Shown: positions 39,172 to 47,247, counted from the first letter of the stretch. The stretch: DNA of 64,000 bases from Acidimicrobiia bacterium (GCA_035305585.1 DATGOV010000020.1:39325-103324); one strand, 5' to 3'. The notes: generated by a model not told the origin, from the sequence alone. Program-made: numbers and translations.

Positions 39172-39707
39172 CCGCCGCGGCCGATCGTCTCGCCCGGGAC
39201 GTGCAGATGTATGGCGCCCTGTCGGCTGCGTCGGTGGTGGCACGCTACGCCGCCAAGGTCGAGCAGGCGATGGCATCCGTGGTCGACGAAGGCTGGGGCC
39301 CGGAAGCTGTCGCCTCGATGGTGATGTTCGTCCGCCGATCGATGCAGCCGCTCCTCGACACGGGAGCACGCCCGGAACGAGTAGAGCTTCCACCGGTGAG
39401 CGCCGGAGAAACTGCCGTCGGCGCGCTGTGGCTCCACAACACCGCCCCCGTCGCCGCCCAGGGCGGTGTGCGGCTCGCGGTGTCGGATCTCGTGGCGGCC
39501 GGGGGAGAGACGATCCCCGCCTCCGCCATCTCCGTATCCCCCCAGGAACTCGAGTCGCTCCCGTCACGAGCGAGACGAGACATCCGTCTCGTCGTCACCG
39601 TTCCGGTCGGCCAGCCCGCCGGGTGGTATCACGGCTGGGTCTTCCTGGAGTCGGCGCCGGAGGCACCCGTCATGGTGACACTGAGTGTTGAAGAGACGAG
39701 CCGATGA
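39168..39707 (+). CDS. Hypothetical protein (179 aa)
   Basis: The in-frame ATG 39168 overlaps the upstream stop (ATGA). Helical N-terminal half followed by a beta-rich tail (VTVPVGQPAGWYHGWVFL). Confidence 0.55.
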   Translation: MTAAADRLARDVQMYGALSAASVVARYAAKVEQAMASVVDEGWGPEAVASMVMFVRRSMQPLLDTGARPERVELPPVSAGETAVGALWLHNTAPVAAQGGVRLAVSDLVAAGGETIPASAISVSPQELESLPSRARRDIRLVVTVPVGQPAGWYHGWVFLESAPEAPVMVTLSVEETSR

Positions 39708-40735
39708 CGACGACCGACCGCGACGTCGAGACCCAGCTCGAGGAGTACGGACGGATCGCCCGGCGCAAGGCGCTCGGCTACCTCGACGTCGACGGCGACC
39801 CCGAGCACCTGCGAACCCCCGCCACCGACTACCTGCTTCGGCCCGGCAAGGCGTTGCGTCCTGCCCTCTGCCTGGCGACCTGCGGCGCCCTCGGTGGCGA
39901 CCCCGACCGTGCCCTGGTCACCGCCGCCGCTCTCGAACTCCTCCACACCGCATTCCTCGTCCACGACGACGTCGAGGACGACAGCGACCTGCGCCGAGGT
40001 GGGCCCACTCTCCACCGTCGATACGGGCGGGCAGTAGCCATCAACACCGGCGACGCCCTGTTCGTCTGTGCGATGGCGGCACTGGACGACAACCGAGAGG
40101 TACTCGGACGTCGACTCGCCACCCGGCTCGCCGGGGAATTCCGATTCATGGCCCGCCAGACCGTGGAGGGCCAGGCCATGGAACTGGGGTGGCAGCGGCA
40201 GGGACGGATCGACCTGACTCCCGACGACTACCTCGACCTCATCATGAAGAAGACCTGCTGGTACACGACCGTATTGCCGTTGCGTTCCGGCGCCCTCATC
40301 GCTGGACGCCGACCGGGCGAACTCGAGGCTCTCGTGCGATTCGGGTTCTTCCTCGGAGCCGCGTTCCAGATCCGCGACGACGTCCTCAACCTCACCGGCG
40401 GGCGCGCCTACGGCAAGGAGCTCCTCGGAGACATCCGCGAGGGGAAGAGGACCCTGATGCTCATCCACCTGTTGGCGGTAGCCGATCCGGGGGAGCGGCG
40501 CCGGCTGGAGCGCTTCGTGCGGTTGCCGGCCCACGAGCGACCGCCCCCGATGATCGAGGAGGTGGCGGCGATGATGCATCACCACGGGAGCGTCGCCTTC
40601 GCCGAGGAGTTCGGACGAGGGATCGCACGGTCCGCTTCGGTGGCGTTCGAAGAAGCGTTCGGCTCCGTGCCCCATTCGCCGGAGCGGCGATTCATCGCCG
40701 ATGTCGTTCCCTACATGGTCGAGCGGGACCGCTGA
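39704..40735 (+). CDS. Polyprenyl diphosphate synthase (GGPP synthase-like)
   Basis: First Asp-rich motif LVHDDVEDDSDLRRG. The second motif is FQIRDDVLN (DDxxN). ATGA overlap with the upstream gene. Confidence 0.85.
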   Translation: MTTTDRDVETQLEEYGRIARRKALGYLDVDGDPEHLRTPATDYLLRPGKALRPALCLATCGALGGDPDRALVTAAALELLHTAFLVHDDVEDDSDLRRGGPTLHRRYGRAVAINTGDALFVCAMAALDDNREVLGRRLATRLAGEFRFMARQTVEGQAMELGWQRQGRIDLTPDDYLDLIMKKTCWYTTVLPLRSGALIAGRRPGELEALVRFGFFLGAAFQIRDDVLNLTGGRAYGKELLGDIREGKRTLMLIHLLAVADPGERRRLERFVRLPAHERPPPMIEEVAAMMHHHGSVAFAEEFGRGIARSASVAFEEAFGSVPHSPERRFIADVVPYMVERDR

Positions 40736-41061
40736 GCGGAGCGAAAGGACGAGTACAGGCGCCTGGCGTTTCCCAGCGGATCGGAATAGTACGCGTCGGG
40801 TGTGACGTCGAGTGCCACCGTCCGCCGGGCTTCGGCGACTCTCGGTCGAGTAGGGGCGAAGCGCGTGAGCTCGGCGGCGCGGGGCTCGAGCGAGCCGTCG
40901 GGTCGCACCAGGCCGAAGTGCCTCTCGTGACGCGCTCCCGCGGGATCGTACGGTGGCCGGTCCCACAGTTCCTCGGCGTAGTCGGCGAAGCACCAGAGCA
41001 TCGCGAACCGGTCATCCATCCCCGGCCAGTCGGGCGATATGGTCCCGGTACCAGCGTCCAC
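40711..41061 (-). pseudogene. Possible C-terminal remnant of a glycoside hydrolase (or a small overlapping ORF)
   Basis: WCFADYAEELWDRPPYD....ERHFGLVRPDGSLEP resembles the C-terminal strand region of GH5/cellulase-like enzymes. There is no room for the catalytic N-terminus, because bglB occupies the upstream DNA. Confidence 0.3.
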
Positions 41062-42382
41062 TCGCCTTGATGGTCCGTTTCTGGGTCTTCAGATCGACGT
41101 GGATGATCCCGAATCGTATCGTGTAACCCTTCGCCCATTCGAAGTTGTCGAGCAGTGACCACACGAAATAGCCGCGCAGGTCGACACCCCCGCGGATGGC
41201 TTCGGCCAGGGCGTCGATGTGGCTCTCGAGGTAACGGATGCGGTCGGTGTCCTCGATCGTGCCGTCGACCGGCTCGGGGTCGGGATAGGCGGCGCCGTTC
41301 TCGCATACGACGAGCGGCACAGCCGGGTACTCGGTGGCGACCCGCTCGAGCATCCAGGTCAGCCCCTCGGGGTCGACCGCCCAGCCCATGTCGGTGAGCG
41401 GCCCTTCGGGTGTGACGATCACGGCTCCCTCCGCCCCCGGCCAAGGACCCGGGGCGGGAGCACCGGGCTCGTGGCGAACGCGGTTGACGTTGTAGTAGTT
41501 CACACCGAGGAAGTCGATGGGCTGGTGGGCGGCCGCCAACTCGTCGGGGTCGACGCGGTCGTCGACGCCGTAGCGGCGGTGGAACTCGAGGATCTGGTCC
41601 GGATACCGGCCGTGGAACACGGCCTCGGCGAACAACCTGTTCTGCACCGCGTCGACCGCGGCGGCCGCCTCCGCATCGGCGGGGTCGTCGGAAGCCGGCC
41701 AGGCGGGGATCAGGTTGAGGACGACACCCAGCTGATCTCGATCTCTCCGGCTCTCCCGCATCACGCCGATGGCGTCGTGGTGGGCGAGCATCAGGTTGTG
41801 GGCGGCGATGAACCCGGCCCCCGGGTCGGTCATGCCCGGAGCGTGCTCGCCGGCGCTGTGGCCGAGGAAGGCCGCGCACCAGGGCTCGTTGAGGGTGGCC
41901 CACACCTGGATCAAGTCGCCGAGCGCCTCCTTGGTTGTCGCGGCGTACTCGGCGAACCAATGACGCGACTCGGGAGACAGCCACCCGCCCCGGTCCTGGA
42001 GGACTTGGGGGAGGTCCCAGTGGTAGAGCGTCGCCACGGGAGTGATGCCGGACGCCAGCAGCTCTTCGCACAGCCGGCGGTAGAAGGCCACCCCCGCGTC
42101 GTTGATCGCGCCGGTGCCCTCGGGGAGTATGCGGGTCCAAGCGATCGAGAACCGATAGGCGTTGACTCCCAGTTCGCGCATCAGGCCGACGTCCTCGCGG
42201 AAGCGGTGGTAGTGGTCGGCCGTCACGTCGGCGTTGCTGCCGTCGCGGATCTTGCCGGGCGTGTGGGTGAACGTGTCCCAGATCGAGGGTGAGCGGCCGT
42301 CCTCGGCCACTGCCCCCTCCACCTGGAAAGCGGACGTCGCCACCCCCCACCAGAAGTCCTTCGGAAACGGATTCTCGCTCAT
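41012..42382 (-). CDS. GH1 beta-glucosidase
   Basis: FPKDFWWGVATSAFQVEG; TLNEPW (acid/base Glu); VCENGAAY (nucleophile Glu). Confidence 0.92.
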   Translation of the reverse strand: MSENPFPKDFWWGVATSAFQVEGAVAEDGRSPSIWDTFTHTPGKIRDGSNADVTADHYHRFREDVGLMRELGVNAYRFSIAWTRILPEGTGAINDAGVAFYRRLCEELLASGITPVATLYHWDLPQVLQDRGGWLSPESRHWFAEYAATTKEALGDLIQVWATLNEPWCAAFLGHSAGEHAPGMTDPGAGFIAAHNLMLAHHDAIGVMRESRRDRDQLGVVLNLIPAWPASDDPADAEAAAAVDAVQNRLFAEAVFHGRYPDQILEFHRRYGVDDRVDPDELAAAHQPIDFLGVNYYNVNRVRHEPGAPAPGPWPGAEGAVIVTPEGPLTDMGWAVDPEGLTWMLERVATEYPAVPLVVCENGAAYPDPEPVDGTIEDTDRIRYLESHIDALAEAIRGGVDLRGYFVWSLLDNFEWAKGYTIRFGIIHVDLKTQKRTIKASGRWYRDHIARLAGDG

Positions 42383-42465
42383 CCCACCTCACTCCTCGCC
42401 TTCCTGAGAGAACCACTGGAACTGAAAGCGCTCTCAGGCTTGAAGGCGGATCTTATGAGAAGGGT

Positions 42466-42746
42466 TCGTTGACATGCACCCACGACCTCGCCCTCGGCTA
42501 CTACATCAGCGACCGGACGATCATCCTCCGCCGAGGCTCCATCGTCGAGATGGGCGACACGAAGCTGGTCTTCGACGACCCTCGCCACCCGTACACGCAG
42601 ACCCTCCTCGTCTCCGTGCCACGGCGGAGTGGAGGTGGCAAGATCGTCCCGCCTTCACCGCTGCCGCCACCGGGGGCAGCGGAGCGGTCGGGCCGGCGGG
42701 GATCCTCGAGGAGGTGGAGCCCGGCCACTGGGTTGCCGGAGGCTGA
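42466..42746 (+). pseudogene. Decayed 3' remnant of an oligopeptide/dipeptide-type ABC ATPase gene
   Basis: THDLALGYYISDRTIILRRGSIVEMGDTKLVFDDPRHPYTQTLLVSVP...PSPLPPP is in one frame, and the expected following motif ILEEVEPGHWVAG is in another. Walker A and B and the signature motif are absent. Confidence 0.65.
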
Positions 42747-42834
42747 CCACGGAGCGGGAGACCAGGGGTCGTCGCCTTTGCCGGCCGTGGCGCGCCTTGG
42801 CACCATGCGCTCTGCAGCCGCTTGAGAGGAGAAG

Positions 42835-43854
42835 ATGCGACTCGACGACTATCCCCGTGTACAGCTGCTCTTCGGGCCTTCCCCGATCCATCCGCTGCCC
42901 CGGTTGAGCGAGGCGCTCGGCGGAGAAGTGGAGATCTGGGCGAAGCGGGAGGACTGCAACTCCGGAATCGCCTTCGGTGGCAACAAGGTCCGCAAGCTCG
43001 AGTATCTCGTCGCGGACGCGTTGGAGAAGGGATGCGACACGCTCGTGTCGATCGGCGGCATCCAGTCCAACCACACGCGCCAGGTCGCCGGAGTCGCCGC
43101 GCACCTCGGGCTGCGCTCGGTGACCGTCCAGGAGCACTGGGTCGACTGGCCTGATCCGCTCTACGACAAGGTCGGCAACATCCAGTTGACCCGCATTCTG
43201 GGAGGTGACATCCGTATCGACCCGGCCGGCTTCGACATCGGCATTCGGGACAGCTGGAAGAGGGCTCTGGAATCGGTCGAGGCGGACGGCGGCAAGCCGT
43301 ACCCGATTCCGGCGGGTGCCTCGGACCATCCGCTGGGCGGGCTCGGCTTCGCCAACTGGGCACAGGAGGTCGCCCAGCAAGAGAAGGAACACGACGTCTT
43401 CTTCGATCACGTCGTCGTGTGCACCGTTACGGGATCCACCCACGCGGGAATGGTCGCCGGATTCGCCCTCGAGGGACGTGACGACCGGCGCGTCGTCGGG
43501 ATCGACGCGTCGGCCACTATCGACAAGACACGTGAACAGGTGACCCGCATCGCCCGCGACACCGCCGAGAGGATCGGAGTGGGCCGCGATCTGCGAGACG
43601 ACGAGATCGTTCTCGTGTCGGGCTACGAAGGGCCGGCCTACGGGATCCCGGACCAGCAGACCATCGATGCCATCCACCTCGTCGCCCGCACCGAAGGCAT
43701 GCTCACCGATCCGGTGTACGAAGGGAAGTCGATGGCGGGTCTGATCGGGCTGGTCCGTTCCGGGGAGATTCCACCGGGATCGAAGGTCCTCTACGCCCAT
43801 CTCGGTGGACAGCCGGCTCTTCCCGCCTACGTCGGCGCTGAAAACCTAGGTTAG
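42835..43854 (+). CDS. acdS: 1-aminocyclopropane-1-carboxylate deaminase
   Basis: Near-colinear with Pseudomonas AcdS by eye ([35 protein letters not shown]). The discriminating residues are present: DPVYEGKS (Tyr-Glu) and YAHLGG (Leu). Confidence 0.88.
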   Translation: MRLDDYPRVQLLFGPSPIHPLPRLSEALGGEVEIWAKREDCNSGIAFGGNKVRKLEYLVADALEKGCDTLVSIGGIQSNHTRQVAGVAAHLGLRSVTVQEHWVDWPDPLYDKVGNIQLTRILGGDIRIDPAGFDIGIRDSWKRALESVEADGGKPYPIPAGASDHPLGGLGFANWAQEVAQQEKEHDVFFDHVVVCTVTGSTHAGMVAGFALEGRDDRRVVGIDASATIDKTREQVTRIARDTAERIGVGRDLRDDEIVLVSGYEGPAYGIPDQQTIDAIHLVARTEGMLTDPVYEGKSMAGLIGLVRSGEIPPGSKVLYAHLGGQPALPAYVGAENLG

Positions 43855-43912
43855 AAATCCGACGAGATACGGGTTTGGAAGGGACCAAAGGAGGGTATGA
43901 GGGAGCGAGATC

Positions 43913-44034
43913 GGTGAGGCCCCGAAAGCGGCTTGCATGTCTTCTCTGGGAGGGGCTCACCGCAAGAGGAGAGACGGGTGGCCGGCATGCCTCCCGATCC
44001 GGACCCTAATCGGCTACGGTCACCGTCTCTCCTC
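43913..44034. other. Highly structured convergent intergenic region (terminators or unclassified small RNA)
   Basis: Stem 1: ggtgaggcccc (43913-43923) with ggggctcacc (43952-43961). Stem 2: a perfect 12-bp helix, 43966-43977 with 44023-44034, enclosing 45 nt. GGGAGG (43949-43954) is complementary to CCTCCC (43990-43995). Confidence 0.3.
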
Positions 44035-44083
44035 CATCTTCGTACCGACGACCACCCTCGTCACTGGGCCGGTAGGCCCCTCC

Positions 44084-45049
44084 TCAACCGCCCGAGGGCA
44101 GATGCGGGCGGATCTCCTTCTCGAAGAAGGCGACGAACCCTTCCTGGTCGTTGCCGATCTGGTGGAAGTAGATGTGGTCGATCCCGCCTTCTACCGCCGA
44201 CTGCACCGACTCGAGCAACGGCTCGGGGTCTGGGCCGCAAGGGATCGACTCCGCGATCAGCTCGGGTGTGACCAGTTCGCTAGCCATCTCGAAATGAGCC
44301 GGGGTGCGCAGATCCTGTGAGAGCTGGCCGGGGACGGAGGTGTTGGGCCAGATACGGTGGGCGGTCTCGACTGCTTCGTCCCGGTCTTCCGCCCAGCACA
44401 ATGTGAGCTGGCCATACACAGGTCCCGTCCCTCCCGCCTCACGAAACACGTCGACCGGCTCTCCTCCGGTTCCCGTCGTCCACAGCCCGTCTCCGATCCT
44501 CGCCGCCAGCTCCGCCGCTTTCGGGCCGAAGGCCGACACGACGATCGGAACGTCCCCGGGGGGCGGGTCGAAGATCGTGGCGTCGATGACCCAGAAGTAA
44601 CTCCCCCGGCGGGTGGTGCTCTCAGCCTTCCAGAGCAACCGAATGACTTCCACGGCTTCTTCGAGCATCTCCAACCGAACGTCGGCGGGCGGCCAGTGGT
44701 CACCCAATATCTGCTCGTTGAGGGCTTCGCCGCTGCCCACACCCCAGATGAAACGGTCGGGCAGCAGCCCGGCGGTGGTGGCGGTGGCTTGGGCCAGGAT
44801 CGCGGGATGGATCCGCATGATCGGACAGGTCACACCCACGCCCACTTCGATCGACTCGGTGGCCTCGGCGATGGCGCCGAGGACCGTCCATACGAAGGGG
44901 GAGTGGCCCTGCTCGCGGATCCAGGGGTGGAAGTGGTCCGAGATCGACACGAAGTCGAACCCGTTCTGCTCCGCGAGGATCGCTAGTTCGACGAGGCGCT
45001 TGGGACCGTGCTCTTCGCTCGACAGCGTGAGGCCGTATGAGATCGTCAT
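44084..45049 (-). CDS. LLM-class F420-dependent oxidoreductase (G6PDH-related family)
   Basis: FDFVSISDHFHPW...GHSPF.W..LGA...T..I..G.GVTCP..R.HPA..AQA.AT pattern. Confidence 0.8.
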   Translation of the reverse strand: MTISYGLTLSSEEHGPKRLVELAILAEQNGFDFVSISDHFHPWIREQGHSPFVWTVLGAIAEATESIEVGVGVTCPIMRIHPAILAQATATTAGLLPDRFIWGVGSGEALNEQILGDHWPPADVRLEMLEEAVEVIRLLWKAESTTRRGSYFWVIDATIFDPPPGDVPIVVSAFGPKAAELAARIGDGLWTTGTGGEPVDVFREAGGTGPVYGQLTLCWAEDRDEAVETAHRIWPNTSVPGQLSQDLRTPAHFEMASELVTPELIAESIPCGPDPEPLLESVQSAVEGGIDHIYFHQIGNDQEGFVAFFEKEIRPHLPSGG

Positions 45050-45609
45050 GAGCCCGATCGACGTGAGATCTCTTCTGCCAACTCTTCCTTCGTCATCGCC
45101 GACCGGCCCTCGATGTCGAGATCACGAGCCTGCTCCACCAACTCCTGCTTCGTCATCGCCGATGCCTCGTGGCGGGTCCTGGCGGCCTGGAGCTCTTCGC
45201 CCAGCGACTCGAGCTCGTTCTGGGAGAACAGCTCCCGCACCTGCGGGAACATCTCGTCCTCCTCTTCGGAGGCGTGGTGCTCCACGTTCTCCATCAGGAC
45301 CGTCATCTTCGCCTTGTAGGCCGGGTCGCTCGCTCCGAGCCCGCGGATCTCTTCGATGAGCACGTCGACGACGTGGTGCTCCTCGTAGCTCTCGTCGGTG
45401 TGCTCGGTGAGGTCCTCGCCGCCGGCGTCGTGGATCATCGGGTAGAAGACCTCTTCTTCGATCGCGGTGTGGACCTGGAGCTCGTGGAAGATCTCCCCGG
45501 TCAGACCTGCCATTCGGTCGGTGTCCTCGGCGTCGGCCGCCTCACGAAAGCTCGTGAACAGCGATCGCACCCGATCGTGGTCCTGCCGCAGCAACTCCAG
45601 GCCGTCCAT
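45046..45609 (-). CDS. Hemerythrin (HHE cation-binding) domain protein with a Rho_N-like C-terminal tail
   Basis: LLRQDHDRV...[11 protein letters not shown]...EEHHVVD...[16 protein letters not shown] metal-ligand pattern. The tail is [33 protein letters not shown] 45609 is preceded by GGAGGAG. ATGA overlap with the LLM gene. Confidence 0.75.
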   Translation of the reverse strand: MDGLELLRQDHDRVRSLFTSFREAADAEDTDRMAGLTGEIFHELQVHTAIEEEVFYPMIHDAGGEDLTEHTDESYEEHHVVDVLIEEIRGLGASDPAYKAKMTVLMENVEHHASEEEDEMFPQVRELFSQNELESLGEELQAARTRHEASAMTKQELVEQARDLDIEGRSAMTKEELAEEISRRSGS

Positions 45610-45697
45610 GTCTCTCCTCCTACAGGAATGGGGAGCGCTCGCTACCCGTTGCACGGCTTCCCAAACATGGAGTCGTCGCCGCCCTAGCCTCTCAGAC

Positions 45698-46228
45698 GTG
45701 TTGCCTGCCGACCGTCATCTCGTGCTCACCGGGCCGATGGGCTCGGGAAAGACCACGGTCGGCAAGGAACTGGCTCGGCGTTTGGGTCGCCCCTTCTTCG
45801 ACTCCGACGAGCAGATTCGAGCGGCCTACCGCGTCACCGGCCGGGAACTGGCGGCCGCGCACGGTGTCGCGCGACTCCATCGAGTCGAGGCCGAAGCACT
45901 CCGGGTTGCATTGGCGTCTGATCGTCCTTCGGTGATCGCTGCCGCGGCGAGCGTCGCCGATTCACCCGATCTCGAAGTCGCTCTCTCCGATGTCTCGGTG
46001 GTCCTGCTCGGGGGCCAAGCGGAGGTCCTGGAGGCTCGGGCGCGGAAGGGTGGCCATCGACGCCCGGTGCCCGTGGAGGGCTACGCCGCCCTGTCGGCCC
46101 GACGCGCCGAGAGGCTGAGGCCCATCGTCTCGCTGGAAGTCGATGTCACCAACCTGGGGCCCGACGACGTCGTCTCTCGTATCTTGTCCGCCCTCAGGTC
46201 GCTGGGACCGGAAACGCCATCGTGCTGA
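45698..46228 (+). CDS. Shikimate-kinase-like P-loop kinase
   Basis: [33 protein letters not shown]. The GTG start at 45698 is inferred. Confidence 0.6.
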   Translation: MLPADRHLVLTGPMGSGKTTVGKELARRLGRPFFDSDEQIRAAYRVTGRELAAAHGVARLHRVEAEALRVALASDRPSVIAAAASVADSPDLEVALSDVSVVLLGGQAEVLEARARKGGHRRPVPVEGYAALSARRAERLRPIVSLEVDVTNLGPDDVVSRILSALRSLGPETPSC

Positions 46229-46580
46229 GCAGGGCGTTCTCCGCTTGGCGAGAATCCAGCCGCGTGTGCTGGACGACGATCGGCTGGTCGGACTCCACGA
46301 CGAAGGCGTAGTCGGTGCCCAATGGAACAGGTTCTGGGTCGGTGAGGTCGTTGAACCGAAGGTGTTTCGTTCGCCGACCGCCGACGGTCACGCGGTACGG
46401 TCCCGCCGGGTCCCGGTCCGAGTAGAAGATCGTCAAGCGGACCTGAGCGGGCCGCGGTCCGGTGTTGAGCAGGCACACCGTCTCGTGACTGAGCATCTCC
46501 GGCTGCGGTCCCGTGCTCGTCGGGGGGATGTAGCCCTCCGCCACCGCCCACACTCGATGCCCGATCGCCTCAGCTGTCAT
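46194..46580 (-). CDS. Sensory rhodopsin transducer (ASRT)-family protein
   Basis: Colinear with Anabaena ASRT as I recall it: [61 protein letters not shown]. Preceded by GGAGGAGGAAGG. Confidence 0.85.
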   Translation of the reverse strand: MTAEAIGHRVWAVAEGYIPPTSTGPQPEMLSHETVCLLNTGPRPAQVRLTIFYSDRDPAGPYRVTVGGRRTKHLRFNDLTDPEPVPLGTDYAFVVESDQPIVVQHTRLDSRQAENALLSTMAFPVPAT

Positions 46581-46722
46581 GTCCTTCCTCCTCCCGACGG
46601 TCGTCGGTCGAGCTCAGTTTCTCGTGCTTCTGCCAGTGGCGGCGCCGGGGCCCGAACCAAGCGACGACCACCACGACGGCGACGATGGCGACGCTGAGGA
46701 GGACGATCAGAAGAGATTCCAT
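46570..46722 (-). CDS. Possible 50-aa single-pass membrane protein
   Basis: MESLLIVLLSVAIVAVVVVVAWFGPRRRHWQK... is a TM helix followed by a basic then acidic tail. It overlaps the ASRT start by 11 nt. Confidence 0.35.
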   Translation of the reverse strand: MESLLIVLLSVAIVAVVVVVAWFGPRRRHWQKHEKLSSTDDRREEEGHDS

Positions 46723-46816
46723 TCCTCTCGCTCTACCCGTGCCCACCTCGCGTAATCCGAGTTTCGGCGCGCCGGGGAGTGGGCATCGAAGGCTGGATCG
46801 AAAGCCTGATGACGAC

Positions 46817-47113
46817 ATGACAACGACGAACATCGCCGAAACCGCCCAGGACTACTTCCGCTACGCATCGCCCACCGTCACCCGAGTCGATCTCGAAAGG
46901 GCCGCGTGCCGCGACACGGATCTCGAGCTCTTCTTTTCCATCGACGAGGCGGACGAGGCCCGAGCCAAGAGCGTTTGCCAGAGATGCCCCGTCCGATGGG
47001 AGTGCCTCACGTACGCCCTCGAGACCCGTCAGAGGCATGGGGTGTGGGGTGGGCTCAACCCAGAGGAACGAACCCTCTTGGTGCGTCGCATCCGTCAGGA
47101 GATGACGCTCTGA
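46817..47113 (+). CDS. WhiB-family (Wbl) transcriptional regulator
   Basis: Four Cys (C..D.DLFF ... CQRCPVRWEC) and GVWGG. Confidence 0.88.
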   Translation: MTTTNIAETAQDYFRYASPTVTRVDLERAACRDTDLELFFSIDEADEARAKSVCQRCPVRWECLTYALETRQRHGVWGGLNPEERTLLVRRIRQEMTL

Positions 47114-47247
47114 GCCGCCGAGGTCGGTCCGGGCGCGGTGCCGACGGGCAAACCTACACTGCATCCGCAGGGGGGTCGCCGTCCCGGCCCGTACGGGATG
47201 GTTCATCGGGGCGTCATCCGATCTCGGCGAGGGCGCACGCAGCGCGC

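Noticed and set aside
37200-39707. 835-aa plus-strand ORF in an alternative frame of the FAD-oxidoreductase gene
   Set aside because: Only its last 179 codons (from ATG 39168, an ATGA overlap) look like protein. The upstream 650 codons are an R/P/G-rich out-of-frame shadow of the flavoenzyme gene.
40692-42416. 574-aa minus-strand ORF covering the beta-glucosidase region in another frame
   Set aside because: Arg/Pro-rich with no motifs. The GH1 frame (41012-42382) has the canonical NEP and ENG catalytic motifs.
42289-42825. 178-aa ORF as an intact gene
   Set aside because: Only the central ~55 residues show ABC-ATPase C-terminal homology. The N-terminal part runs antisense across the bglB start, and the tail is Arg/Ser/Pro-rich out-of-frame sequence. 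I interpret it as a pseudogene remnant.
43913-44034. Assignment of the structured spacer to a known RNA family (6C RNA, SRP RNA, cobalamin or other riboswitch)
   Set aside because: The C-rich tracts lie in stems rather than in terminal loops as in 6C. There are no SRP, RNase P or B12-box consensus strings, and the location between convergent genes is wrong for a riboswitch. I left it as an unclassified structure.
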